From positions 960,001-1,024,000 of the forward strand of contig CAVWVQ010000003.1 of NCBI GenBank assembly GCA_963758525.1: a stretch of 64,000 nt of DNA, given 5' to 3'. The DNA is from an uncultured Phycisphaerales bacterium (GTDB lineage: Bacteria; Planctomycetota; Phycisphaerae; Tepidisphaerales; Tepidisphaeraceae). Positions within the stretch are counted from its first letter, which is position 1, and each line of letters begins with the position of its first letter. The notes below the pieces were generated by a model. It did not search any database. It worked only from the letters and a program-made list of their open reading frames with translations, and was not told the DNA's origin. Below, piece after piece: positions 11,301 through 21,979 of the stretch. A program made the translations under genes and the position numbers.

Positions 11301-12203
11301 ATCCGATTCAATGACGTCGAGCTTGTTATCGTTGTTCACGTCCGCAACCACCACATCTTCGGGATTTGACACCGCGGCGGTGTCCGTCCCGTCGGGAAAC
11401 TGCGGACTGGCGTAATGACCGCCGAGCGTGAACGTGCCGTCGCCGTTGCCCTGCAAAATAGTGAGTTCCACGTTTGCGGTGTTGCCGCTGGTGCCCTGCC
11501 CGTCCGCAATGGCCAGGTCGAGCTTGCCGTCGTGATTGAAGTCGCCAGTGGTCACCCATCGGGAATATCCCAGCACGGCCGGGCCGACGATGGCGGTCTG
11601 AAAGGTGCCATTACCATTCCCAAGCAGCACTTCGTAACGGCCGGTATTGCTCGTTTCGCTGGGAAGCGTGCATGCGATGTCGAGTTTGCCATCCCCGTTG
11701 AAGTCGCCCACCGTCCATCCGCGCGGATAATAACCCGAGTAGGCAAACGAGGATGAAGCGATGGCGGTTTGGAATGTGCCGTTGCCATTGCCCAGCATGA
11801 CGAGCGGCTGATCGAGGTTGGAGCTGATCAGCAGCAGGTCCGGCTTCCCGTCGTGATTGAAGTCATCGACAAAGACATCGCCCTGAAACGCCTGGCCGAC
11901 GGGAATCTGCACGGCTGGCTGGAACGTGCCGTCCCCGTTGCCCTTGAGGAAATAGACCGAGTTGTCGGCCCGATGCGCAACAATCAGATCAAGCTTGGTG
12001 TCGCCGTCGATGTTCGCTGACACAACGCCGATCGGTTCAGCGTTGGGGATGAAGCCGTCTGCCGTTGTCCCCGTGTTATAGCTCACCGGCGCCGACAGTC
12101 CGACCGAAGTGCTGAGCAGGACGCGCCCCTCAAGCGTTTCGGCCATCGCCCTGCGAAGCGCCCGCCCACGGCGGTCCAATCTTGCTCGATTTGTGCTGAT
12201 CAT
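8383..12203 (-). CDS. Large surface protein: planctomycete leader, FG-GAP/VCBS repeats, PKD-like, Fn3-like and IPT/TIG domains (apparent frameshift near 11133)
   Basis: ETLEGRVLLS leader; repeated DFNxDGKLDL...GNGDGTF; two IPT/TIG units (V..VxPSSGxTxGGTVVTIxGxNFTG); four PTFTW...GYQI..W(N)VR-type units; ORFs 10872-12305 and 8383-11094 join. Confidence 0.85.
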
Positions 12204-12216
12204 TGTGGTTCTTTTC

Positions 12217-13663
12217 CTATTGATGCGATTCCCCCGCCGGCGGGTGATACGCTCGGACTTCGGTTGCCACAGCGGGCCGATCCGATGCCAGAAACGCGAT
12301 CGCATGCATTCCCGCCGAAAGATCCGAAACCGTCATCACCTTCCCGCCAACCTTGAACACCGTCGCGTCGTCGAATGTGACGGTCGCCGATTTCCCGCTG
12401 AACTGCAGCGTCATCGACGTGGCGTCAACCGCGGTAATCGTCCCGTGCACGTTCTTTCTCTCGTTCTTCTGCTCCGCCGGACGCGTTTCCGGCACCTTCG
12501 GAAGATACGACCTGATTTCGCTGGCTGGTTTGCCTTGGACGACCAACGCAATGGCCCGCATGCCAACCTTCAAATCAGCGGCCGTCGCCACCTTCCCGTT
12601 CACCTTCACCACCGTGGAATTGTCGAGTTTGATGATCGCGGGGCTGGCGCCACCCGAAACCGCAAGCGTCAGCGTCCCCTCAGCAACTTCCGTGATCGTG
12701 CCCACAATTTTCCCAGCATCGGCCAAATTCCGCGAGCCGGGGGCGGGTGCGACCGGTTTCGCCGGCTCGGCAATGACTTTATAGACGCCCGCGCCGCCGC
12801 CCATCAGGATCATCACGGTGAGAATCGTCGCCGCGGTTTTGACCTTCGCCCAGAAGAGCATGTTCATCGCACGTTGTGAAAGCGCCCATGCGAATACCGG
12901 AACGGTCGATCCGGCCGACAGCTTTCCAGTGACGGCCGCCACCGCTACCTTCGTGGTCGCGGCGATAAACGTCGGCGCCGCATGGCCCGCAGCAGGCTCG
13001 GCCGCGGACGCCGCCTCCAGCGCCCTGGCAGTCGAAGCCGTTCCGTTGCGACTCAGGCGGTTTCGCAGCATCTTGCGGCCGCGGTTGAGGCGCATCGCCA
13101 CCGCGCTCACGCCGCATCCGAGCAAAGCAGCGGTCTCCTCCTGCGAACGCCCTTCCACGTGATGCAGCAGCAGCGCGACGCGATACTTCTCGGGAAGCTC
13201 GGCCAACCCCGCGTGCAACTGTTCAAGCGATAAGGCGCTGGAGTCTGTCATCGACGATTCCGTCCGCATGCGCGCGGCCTCGGTCTCGTGGCGACGGCGG
13301 ATGCCCCGGGCTTCGACGGCCCGTCGCGACACATACCACGCCACCCGGTGCAACCACCCCGCCAGCGACTGCCGGCCGCGCCCTTCGCCCGCCTTGCGCC
13401 AGCGTCAGAAACACCGCCTGGGCCGCATCCTCGGCGTCGGAGGAATTTCCAAGAACGCTCCGGCAGACGCCAACCACCATTCCTCCGTGGCGGTCCACAA
13501 TTTCAGCAAAGGCCGCTTCCTCCCGGCTGTCAGCGAAGTCCCGGAGCAGATCGCTGTCGCTCCGCCGGATCCAAGACGGTTCACTTGCAACCGGCATCCG
13601 TGTGGATATCCGTTCTGCCGGAGGCAGAATCACATTTGTGCTAGAATTTTCGGCGTGGTCCAT
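12217..13663 (-). CDS. ECF sigma-70 factor with TM helix and C-terminal tandem DUF5666/OB-like repeats (apparent frameshift near 13398)
   Basis: Sigma-2 (AAFAEIVDRHGGMVVGVCRSVLG..DAEDAAQAVFL) and sigma-4 (LPEKYRVALLLHHVEGRSQEETAALLG...RLNRGRKMLR), TM TAATILTVMILMGGGAGVY, two GTITxV...DLxxGMxA repeats; start could also be 13597. Confidence 0.88.
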
Positions 13664-13920
13664 CTGAACCGCGAAGCAGGAGCCGGCCTGCAGATCCCAT
13701 TGCAGAGCCAAAACGACCCCGCAATTGAGCGAGCCAAGCAATATCTCATTTTACGCGGAGTCCAGTTGGCGCTGGAAATGGGGGGACGAAATCGGCGCCA
13801 AGTGAACCGGTAGAACAGAGAGGGCCGCCCCAGGGCCAGCGCAATCTCGCGCGTGCCCGTACTCGCGCAGGTTTCATTCAGCTGCTGCGCAGTCCGCACG
13901 GGCGGACGCGCGGGATCAGC

Positions 13921-14868
13921 TCACTGCCCCGCGAACTGCCTGTATTTCTCCGCGATTTTCGCCGTGCCCACGTCGCCGGCGTGAATCAGCACCCGATACC
14001 GAAACGTTACCGTCTGGCCCGGCTCGATCTTCAAATCACCGGCCCCCTTGGGAAATTGCTTCGGATCGAATTCATGCAGACCAAAAGGATTAGCCGCCAG
14101 CAATCCATACTGGCGGACGTGCCAGCGGGACGGGTGCCGCGGATTGCTCGGCGCGTCGAGGATGGCAATCCCATACGGCTTGCCATCGATCGTGCCGGAT
14201 TCATCGCACCAGTCGGCCGGCTTCCCCCAGCACGCTTTCTCCCCCGTTTGACCGACGGAATTGGTGATCGTCGCCGTGTCCGAAAGCGCCTTGATCAGCC
14301 TCACCGCGCAGAGCCCCGCGTCCTTGGCGTCGGCCAGCGTGACGGCGTCCTTCGCCGGCGACAGCGCGACCGTCAGATCGATCGCCCGCGTTCCGTCCGG
14401 ATACGACGAAAAACGCACCGTCCGCGTTTCGTTCAGCATCGCCGCCCCCTGCTGATCGTCCCACTGCAAATCCTCGACAAACCCGTCGGCATCGACCTTC
14501 TCAAACCGCAGGTGCTCCTGCTTGGCCGCCGGCTTCCCCGTGATCAGCCAATGATTGACGCCGTTCACGTCCTCGTGCGCAACCCACATCGACTGATGAT
14601 GCGGGTGGTCCCCCTTGGGAACGTTGTATTGATCCGACGTAACCGGCGTCCCGTCAGACGCCAGAATCGGCAGAAAAAACGGCCGCACATAAGGCCGGTC
14701 GCCGCGCGTCCCAAACCAATAATCCGTGAAGGGGGCGCCATTGATTTCGACGTGCAGATGACTGTCATCCACGGTCGAGATCTTCACCCCCGGCACGTCT
14801 GCGCCGTACGACACGCCCGCCCACAGAAGCAGCGACAATGCGATGCAAATTGCAATGAGACACTTCAT
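13921..14868 (-). CDS. Secreted PmoA-family/DUF6807-like protein (not a methane monooxygenase subunit)
   Basis: Signal peptide MKCLIAICIALSLLLWAGVSYG; RPFFLP, DHPHHQSMW, WGKPADWCD, WHVRQYGLLAANPFG, FRYRVLIH. Confidence 0.8.
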   Translation of the reverse strand: MKCLIAICIALSLLLWAGVSYGADVPGVKISTVDDSHLHVEINGAPFTDYWFGTRGDRPYVRPFFLPILASDGTPVTSDQYNVPKGDHPHHQSMWVAHEDVNGVNHWLITGKPAAKQEHLRFEKVDADGFVEDLQWDDQQGAAMLNETRTVRFSSYPDGTRAIDLTVALSPAKDAVTLADAKDAGLCAVRLIKALSDTATITNSVGQTGEKACWGKPADWCDESGTIDGKPYGIAILDAPSNPRHPSRWHVRQYGLLAANPFGLHEFDPKQFPKGAGDLKIEPGQTVTFRYRVLIHAGDVGTAKIAEKYRQFAGQ

Positions 14869-15061
14869 GTGATGACTCCTCCGCCGGAAACGAAAATCAG
14901 ATCTCTCCAGTGACTGTCCCAATATAACGACCTATCCGCCTCTCGGGTACGAATCCATGTTTCAGCCCCGAACGTCGGCGAACGTCGGTTCCATGACACT
15001 TTCGGCGGACTCTCTTTTCCCTCCCGGAGTAACGCTCCGAAAAGAGATGTGAGAGACCAAG

Positions 15062-15182
15062 AAATGTCCAAGGCCCAATGGCCAACAAAATCCCAAATCG
15101 CAATAATCGCAATGACCAATGCGAGAACCAGCCTTGGGCCTTGGACCTTGGGGCTTTGTTGGCCATTGGGCCTTGGACATTT
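15062..15182. repeat. Inverted-repeat element with 7-nt sub-repeats
   Basis: Perfect 28-bp arms AAATGTCCAAGGCCCAATGGCCAACAAA (15062-15089) and 15155-15182; internal CCTTGG(G/A) heptamers. Confidence 0.8.
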
Positions 15183-15250
15183 GTGCCCTGAGTGGGGGCT
15201 CGATTGGGGAAAGGCGTGGAGACACGATGGAGCGCTTGCGTACCGCACAG

Positions 15251-15289
15251 CCCCCACCCCGACCCTCCCCCGGAGTACCAGGGGTGGGC
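15251..15289 (-). repeat. GTAC-centred dispersed palindromic repeat, copy 2
   Basis: Reverse complement reads CCCACCCCTGGTACTCCGGGGGAGGGTCGGGGTGGGGG. Confidence 0.6.
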
Positions 15290-15776
15290 GAAGATTTCTT
15301 GGGCGCGTCAAATACGACTAAGCGAAATCCTGAGCCGGTATCAGCGGGCGTAGTCATACGCCGTCAAGTCGCGTGCTGCCTGTGCCAGTTGCTTCAGCTT
15401 GAGTGAGACATACGTCTCCTGCGTCCCCGCAACACCGCCGGCGTCGGCCTCCACTGCTAAATGAGCCGGGGATGCATCGGGTGCTGGGAAGTTGGTGGTC
15501 GTCCGCTCGGACCGTTCCAATACCCCACGTTCGATATCGCTTCTGGATGCCATGTTGAACCCCGTCGTAAAGTCCGAAAGCCTCAGATGCCGCCACCGAA
15601 TGCAAGCGGCGCGCCGCACGTGCGGATCGACAAAAAAGAACATCGATCACCCATCGCTTATCACACTTTCTTCCACGGTTTCGATTTCTTAGGCCGGACG
15701 GTGGGCGCAGAGAGTTTTCTCTCGCCCGGCGTGGCCGTCCGTTGCGAAAGATGCTGACCTTTGCAGCGCGGTGTCG

Positions 15777-17447
15777 TTACGCCTCGATCGGCTCGGGAAT
15801 CGGCGTCTGCATGCCGTGTCTCCAGAGCAGATGCAGACGCCAGTGGGCGTCGTCGCGTTTGGGGTAATCGACGCGGTAATGTGCGCCGCGGGACTCGGTG
15901 CGATCCAGCGCGGCGGACGTGATCAGGGCACAGACCGTCAGCATGTTCTGCAATTCCCAGCCGGCGGTCGCCCCGGCGAGGCCGCGGGCGGCGTCGAAGG
16001 TCTTGTCCATGACATACCGGCTCCAGAAGGAAATGATCTCCTGGGTTTCTTCCAGACGCGGACCGCTGCGCTCGATGGCGGCGTTACGCCACATGACGCT
16101 GCGCAGGCTGCTCTTCACGTCGGTGATGTCGAGCTCTGTTTTGGTCGATCGCGGAATGCGATGCTCCAAAGACAGGGGAAAGCGCGGCGCCTCGTCCGCT
16201 GCCGCGCGGGCGGCGTCGGCGCCGGCGCGAGCGCCAAAGGCGAGCCCTTCCAGCAGGGAGTTGCTCCCGAGCCGGTTGGCGCCGTGCAGGCCGGAGCAGC
16301 CGGCCTCGCCGACCGCGTAGAGATTCGCGAGGCTCGACCGGCCCTGCAGATCGGCGTCGACGCCGCCGATCATGTAGTGCGCGGCGGGATGCGTCGGGAT
16401 CAGATCCTTGGCGCTGTCGATGTCGAATTCGGCCAGGAGCTTGGCGAGCTGCGGGAAACGCTCGCGGAATTCCTGCGCGGGCAGATGCCTGGCGTCGAGG
16501 AAGACGTGCGTGAAATGCGTGTTGCGGATCTGCTCGACGATCGCCCGGCTGACGACATCGCGCGGCGCCAATTCGGCCATGGGGTGATAGTCGGGCATGA
16601 ACCGCTTCCCATCGCGATCGACCAGGTACGCTCCTTCGCCACGGATCGCTTCGGTGATCAGCGCCCGGCTGGCGCCGGCGACGTAAAGCGTCGTCGGATG
16701 GAACTGCACCATCTCCATGTCCTGCAGCGTCGCGCCGGCGCGATAGGCCATCGCGTGCCCGTCGGCGGTGGCGATTTTGGGATTGGTCGACTCGCGATAA
16801 AGCTGCCCCGCCCCGCCGCTGGCGAGAATCGTGCGCTTGGCCCAGATGACACTGACCTGGCCGCCGATCAGCGCGAGAACGCCGACGCAGCGGTTGTCGT
16901 CGGTCAGCAGGTCGATGACAAAACTGTTCTCTGAGATGCGGATCGCCTCGCGGCCGCGGGCGGTGCGAATCAGCGTGTTGGCAAGCTCCATGCCCGTCGC
17001 GTCGCCGTAGGCATGAAGAATCCGGGCAAACGAATGCCCCCCTTCGCGGGTGAACGCCAGTCCATGGGCTTTGGACGAATCCTTGTCGAAGTTCGCGCCC
17101 CATTCGAGCAGTTCGAGAACGCGGTCGGGGCCTTCCTTGATCACGACGTTGACCGCCGAGTGATCGCACAAGCCCGCGCCGCCCAGTTCCGTGTCCTGCA
17201 CGTGGGACGCGTAGCTGTCCGCCGGCTGGAGCACCGCGGCGATGCCGCCCTGCGCGTACCAGGTATTGGATTCGTCGATCGTGTCCTTGGTGAGGACCAA
17301 TACGTCGGCCCCTTCATCCGACGCCGCGATGGCCGCCCGCAATCCCGCCACGCCGCCGCCGATCACGAGCACGTCCGTGAATCGCTGCGGAAGGCGCGGC
17401 GCCTTGAAAGGGATGAGATAGCGGCGTTGGGAGATCGACTCGGACAT
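15777..17447 (-). CDS. nadB: L-aspartate oxidase
   Basis: DVLVIGGGVAGL, SNTWYAQGGIAAV, TREGGHSFARILHA, QFHPT, LITEAIRGEGA, ELAPRDVVSRAI, GLHGANRLGSNSLLE, ESRGAHYR. Confidence 0.95.
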   Translation of the reverse strand: MSESISQRRYLIPFKAPRLPQRFTDVLVIGGGVAGLRAAIAASDEGADVLVLTKDTIDESNTWYAQGGIAAVLQPADSYASHVQDTELGGAGLCDHSAVNVVIKEGPDRVLELLEWGANFDKDSSKAHGLAFTREGGHSFARILHAYGDATGMELANTLIRTARGREAIRISENSFVIDLLTDDNRCVGVLALIGGQVSVIWAKRTILASGGAGQLYRESTNPKIATADGHAMAYRAGATLQDMEMVQFHPTTLYVAGASRALITEAIRGEGAYLVDRDGKRFMPDYHPMAELAPRDVVSRAIVEQIRNTHFTHVFLDARHLPAQEFRERFPQLAKLLAEFDIDSAKDLIPTHPAAHYMIGGVDADLQGRSSLANLYAVGEAGCSGLHGANRLGSNSLLEGLAFGARAGADAARAAADEAPRFPLSLEHRIPRSTKTELDITDVKSSLRSVMWRNAAIERSGPRLEETQEIISFWSRYVMDKTFDAARGLAGATAGWELQNMLTVCALITSAALDRTESRGAHYRVDYPKRDDAHWRLHLLWRHGMQTPIPEPIEA

Positions 17448-17458
17448 TGGCAGGCACT

Positions 17459-17686
17459 AAATTCCGAATGACGAAACCAGAAGCCAGAATCAAATCGAAG
17501 ATCCGCCGTGGCGGACCAGAATTCCGAATGACCGAATGATACGCCACGCGTGCGCCGCATCGTTTGGCTAATTTGCGTGAAAGCCCATGTGGCGGAGTTG
17601 GCTTCGTCCCGGTCCTCTCATTCGGTCATTGGACATTCGGGTTTCATTGTTTCATTCTGATTTCTGGTTTCGGAATTCTGGTTTTA
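17459..17686. repeat. Inverted array of ~7-nt repeats between nuoC and nadB
   Basis: Left AATTCCGAATGACGAAACCAGAA...CCGAATGACCGAATGA; right TCATTCGGTCATT...TTCTGGTTTCGGAATT; contains ATCCGCCGTGGCGGA palindrome. Confidence 0.7.
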
Positions 17687-17689
17687 CCG

Positions 17690-18267
17690 TCACGCTCCCT
17701 CGCGCGTGATGATCTGATAGCGTTCGCGTTCGCCCACGCCGCGAAGCGGGTAGTCCTTGCGGTGCGGATACGAGCCGAAGCCGTTCCACGTGAGGATGCG
17801 GCGAAGGTCCGGATGACCCAGGAAGATGATGCCGAGCATGTCGTAGATCTCGCGTTCGAGCCATTCGGCTCCGGCCCAGACAGGGGTCAGGCTGTCGACC
17901 TTCAGCCCGGGATCTCCTTCGGCCACGACCTTTTCATCGCGGGGCGCGGTGCCGGGAGCGGTCGTGTGCTCGGGGTCGAAGAAGACCTTGAGCCACAGTC
18001 GATCGTTTCGGGAAATCGACGTGAGTCCGTAGTTGACGCCGAATCGATGGGTGGCCCCGGGATAGTTCAGATAATCGACCCCGTTCATCTCGGCGAGCAT
18101 TTCGTAGCGCAATGCCCAATCATCGCGAAGGTAGGTGGCGACGGGCGCAGATCTTCGCGCGGAACGACGACGGTCACCATTTGGCGAAACTCGCCGACCA
18201 TGAATTTGGTCGCCGGGAACTTCTCCTTCAACGGCTTGAGCGCCGCATGCTCGATCACATGTGCCAT
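17690..18267 (-). CDS. nuoC: NADH-quinone oxidoreductase subunit C (apparent frameshift near 18142)
   Basis: GVDYL, RFGVNYGL, AEWLEREIYDMLGIIFLGHPDLRRIL, PHRKDYPL; N-terminus MAHVIEH...EFRQMVTVVVPRED in the adjacent frame. Confidence 0.9.
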
Positions 18268-18317
18268 GGCCGAGATTGTTTTCAAAATGGGGAGGGCGTC
18301 AACAGGGGAGAGGGAAA

Positions 18318-18540
18318 GGGACGGAGGGACGGAGGGACGAAGGGACAAAGGCACGAAGGGGAGGACGCTTCGCGGCGGATCATTGTTTTATCAATTCCCC
18401 TTCCTCACCCTACGTGCCGCAGTTTATCCGCCGCGGCGGATGCCTCCGTGCCTTCCGCTTACATCCCCTTCCTCACCCTTCGTGCCGCAGTTTATCCGCC
18501 GCGGCGGATGCCTTCGTGCCTTCGTGCCTTCCCCCCTTCT
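18318..18540. repeat. Second copy of the GGCACGAA inverted-array element, with an internal 68-bp-period direct repeat
   Basis: AAGGCACGAAGGGGAGGACGCTTCGCG as near 4555; CCCCTTCCTCACCCT(A/T)CGTGCCGCAGTTTATCCGCCGCGGCGGATGCCT repeated at 18397 and 18465. Confidence 0.8.
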
Positions 18541-19195
18541 TCCCATACGGACAATATTCCAGAATCGGACATTCAGTGCATTTCGGATTCCGTGCGACAC
18601 AGATCGCTCTGCCGTGGAAAATCAGCAGATGCGCCCACAGCGCCCAGTCTTCCTGTGGGACCAGCGGGATCAGATCCTGCTCGATCTTGACGGCGTCGGT
18701 GGGATGATCGGTGAGTCCGAGGCGATTGGAGACGCGCGTGACGTGGGTGTCGACGACGATGCCGATGTTTTTGTTGAAGGCATTGCCGAGAACGACGTTG
18801 GCGGTTTTTCGGCCGACGCCGGGGAGGGCGGTGAGTTGTTCGATGGTTTGAGGGACTTGGCCGTTGTGTTGTTCGACGAGGGCGGCGGCCATGCCGCGGA
18901 TGGCTTTGGCTTTGTTGCGGAAGAAGCCGGCCGACTGGATTTCCCGCTCGAGCGTCTCCTGCGGGATTTGGGCGTAATCGGAAGCCTTTGTGTATTTTGA
19001 GAAGAGGCGGCTGGTGACAATGTTGACGCGATCGTCAGTGCATTGTGCCGAAAGGATCGTTGCGACCAGCAGCTCCAGCGGCGAGCGATGATCGAGCCGG
19101 CATTGTGCCTTTGGGTAGGTGCGCTTCAGAATGGGGAGAATCCTGCTGACGCGCTCGAGGCGCTTGCGGACTTTTGCGGGCAACGGCTTGGGCAT
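18473..19195 (-). CDS. nth: Endonuclease III
   Basis: LLVATILSAQCTDDRVN, HhH LPGVGRKTANVVL, VDTHV, C-x6-C-x2-C-x5-C 4Fe-4S motif. Confidence 0.96.
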   Translation of the reverse strand: MPKPLPAKVRKRLERVSRILPILKRTYPKAQCRLDHRSPLELLVATILSAQCTDDRVNIVTSRLFSKYTKASDYAQIPQETLEREIQSAGFFRNKAKAIRGMAAALVEQHNGQVPQTIEQLTALPGVGRKTANVVLGNAFNKNIGIVVDTHVTRVSNRLGLTDHPTDAVKIEQDLIPLVPQEDWALWAHLLIFHGRAICVARNPKCTECPILEYCPYGKKGGRHEGTKASAAADKLRHEG

Positions 19196-19206
19196 CGGGA
19201 TGTCAG

Positions 19207-19791
19207 CTACTTCGCCTGGGGCTGTTGGAAGATGAGCGTCAGGCCATGCGGGACGCCCGGGGCGATGTCGGCGCTGAACAGCACCATCCCGAGCAGAAGG
19301 AACAGCAGGATCGAGAGAATCGTGACGCTCTCGCGATGGTAGCGGTCAAATTGTTCGCGCGCCGCGTTTGCCAATTCGGGCTCATCGGCGTGTTCGATGT
19401 ACTCTTCGCGATACTTGCGGATGCGCGGCCCTAGAAACCGCCAGTCATAGACGACCAGCCCCGTGGCGCCGAGAAACAGTGCCGAACGCACCAGCGAGCC
19501 GAGTTGGTTTCGATCCGCGACAAACCACTGGCCGATCATGCTGATGAACAGGGCGGCGGCACATACCAGCTCGGTGCGCAGGAGCATGGCCAGCAGTTCC
19601 GCGACAATCGAGCCGGCCAGCAGCGTGCCGTGCTGGTTTTCCAGGTTGACGCTGAGCACGGTGGGGAGAATCGGCGAGTTCTGCCTGATGATTCGGAAGA
19701 TGACCGGGGCCGACATCGCGACAAAAAGTACCCCGCCAAACCAGGTGGAAAGCGCCAGCCAGTAAACGATCTGCACGATCTGAAAGAGCAT
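19207..19791 (-). CDS. DUF4149-like four-TM membrane protein
   Basis: WFGGVLFVAMSAPVIF, four hydrophobic helices, FDRYHRES near C-terminus; ends 11 bp upstream of nth. Confidence 0.75.
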   Translation of the reverse strand: MLFQIVQIVYWLALSTWFGGVLFVAMSAPVIFRIIRQNSPILPTVLSVNLENQHGTLLAGSIVAELLAMLLRTELVCAAALFISMIGQWFVADRNQLGSLVRSALFLGATGLVVYDWRFLGPRIRKYREEYIEHADEPELANAAREQFDRYHRESVTILSILLFLLLGMVLFSADIAPGVPHGLTLIFQQPQAK

Positions 19792-19829
19792 CGCGGCATT
19801 ATAGAGGCAGCGGCAGCGACGCGGGAGTT

Positions 19830-20051
19830 TTACTTCGGAGGCGTTGGCTCCGGCGGCGGGCCGACTGGTTTGGAATGCTTTTTCTTGGCGGTGTTTTCAC
19901 GAGGCCGGCTGCGTTCCCAGACGAAGCCGTACATTCGCCCCAGGCACCCCTCGCAACGAAAAGGGCGCGAGAGGAGCAGCAACAGCGGGACTTCCCACCA
20001 GACTGGGTGCGCGCGGACGAAATTGATGCTTTTGCACTCGGGGCAACGCAT
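19830..20051 (-). CDS. Small zinc-ribbon protein
   Basis: MRCPECKS...RPFRCEGCLGR: two CxxC pairs flanking a short hydrophobic stretch. Confidence 0.6.
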   Translation of the reverse strand: MRCPECKSINFVRAHPVWWEVPLLLLLSRPFRCEGCLGRMYGFVWERSRPRENTAKKKHSKPVGPPPEPTPPK

Positions 20052-20255
20052 GTGACTGTGGCACTCAACTAGTTTCAGGCCGATTGGAGCTTCCGACGTG
20101 GTGCTCCAGTGAAAGGCCCCGACGCGCATGAACTTCGGAAACCCCGCTTGGGCCCCGCCGTCCCGACCTGGTTGCACAAGACTGAATCGCTATCACTCCG
20201 CCGGCCTCCCTTTGCCAGTACTGTAGCAACCGCACCGGTGGAAAATCCAATAAAA

Positions 20256-21841
20256 TTAAGTCACAGACGAGGAATATCGGTCTCTGCCGTCCTGGGACCG
20301 AACTGCCCGCGCGATAAAAACAAACTCATAGGCAAAGACAGAGGGGGAGAGGACCGTGAAGACCGATAAAACCCGATTCAGCGCCCGCATCGCCCAATTC
20401 CGTGCCGGGAGCCCCGCGGCTAATTCAATCGGAATGACGGTCGGCTTCTCAGCGACCCGCGCAAATCCGCACGTTTCGAGCAGTTGCCGCGCCGTCTGCC
20501 GGGTGAAAAACCTCAGGTGACGGCGATCGAGTATTCCGCGGGCGGCATACGGGAACTGCCCGAACAGCAGGGAACATCGCACGGAAATATTCGCCACGTT
20601 GGGAATTGCCGCCAGCAGCAAGCCGTCCGGCTTGAGCAGGGCCGCACATTCCTTGAGCAGCCGGTCCGGGTCCGGCAGATGTTCGAGGACGTCTTCCAGC
20701 ACGACCCGATCGAACTGACCGCTCGGCAGCTCCTCCACGCCGCTCAAACGCAATCCCGCTTCAACCCGGATATAGCGGACCAATGCGCCGGCGTGCCGCG
20801 GAGCAGCGAGCGTGTCGATGCCGACCACGCGATTGCCACGGGCCGCGAGTCGAGCGGCCAGCGCACCGTCGCCGCACCCGACCGCGAGCACCGATTGCCC
20901 CGTGCCGCAGAAGCGAAGCAGATATTCATGGCTGGAAAACCGGCTCTCTTTCAGCGGATGGCTTTGGGAATACTCGGCAAATTCGGGATAAGCGCAAGCC
21001 GTGGAGAGCGTCCGCCGATAACGCACGACCGCGCGAAATACGTCCTTCGCGTACTTGATCCCATCGACGTAGCAGAGCTCCTCGCCATAGAAAGTGGGGA
21101 TGGGAACTTCCCGGATGCGAAATCCCTGGTGCTGCAGCTTGATGATGATTTCCGTGTCGAAATGGAAATCGTCGGTCATGCGCGACAGATCGATCTTCGC
21201 CAGCGCCGCGAGGCTGTAGGCCCGGTAGCCGCTGTGAAACTCCGTGAGGCGCATTCCCAGCGATCGGTTTTCAAATGACGTCAGAATGCGATTGCCGACC
21301 AGCTTGTAGAGCGGCATCCCCCCTTTGCGCGGACCGCCGTAGTCGTTCATCATGCGCGAGCCGAACACCGCGTCGGCCTGGCCGCTGACCAGCGGCGCGT
21401 ACAGATCGGCGAGCACTTCGGCGCATATTGGCCGTCCCCGTGGAGCAGCACGACAGCGTCGAACTGCTTGTCCAGAAAATAGCGGTATCCGAGCTTCTGG
21501 TTGCCGCCATATCCGAGGTTCCGCGGATTCCGCAGCACCGTCAGCTTATCCAGCCCGGACAGCGCCTTGTATCCCACGGCCAGGGCATACGTGTCATCGC
21601 CGCTGGCATCGTCGAAAACAACAACTTCCTCCACGTTCTGCCAGACATCGCGGGGAATCCGCTGCAGGACGGTTGCCAGCGTCGTGACGGCGTTGAACGC
21701 GACGATCAGCACTCCAACGCGCTTGCCGCGATTGTCGGCCGGCGCGATCGGCCGGCGCGAAAGCGCCAGCGCCCGCTGAGCCGCGTTCGCCCCGGCGGGG
21801 AGCCGGGCGGGCGGAAGTGTTGGAGGAGTTTCGAGGGTCAT
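20256..21841 (-). CDS. Bifunctional GT2 glycosyltransferase / class I SAM methyltransferase (apparent frameshift near 21419)
   Basis: VFDDASGD, NLGYGGNQK, LHGDGQYAP, EFHSGYRAY, FHFDTEIIIK; then VLAVGCGDG, DVLEHLPDP, GILDRRHLRFFT. Confidence 0.9.
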
Positions 21842-21979
21842 GCCCGCTTCAATTGTACGTCGCGAGTGAAACGCATGCGATTCAACGACGTGAATGAAGC
21901 TGTCGCGGAAATTCGCGCCCGCTCGCTGGATGACTGCCTCGCGTTGATCCGACTAAGAAAGACGAGTAGAATTCGCCGC

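Noticed and set aside
13921..14868. Particulate methane monooxygenase (from the 'PmoA' family name)
   Set aside because: Soluble secreted protein without multi-TM structure; no pmoB/pmoC nearby
15341..15643. Small ORF downstream of nadB, and a TCCGGCCTAA motif near 15690 reminiscent of a c-di-GMP-I riboswitch
   Set aside because: No recognisable protein motif; the other conserved riboswitch elements are absent
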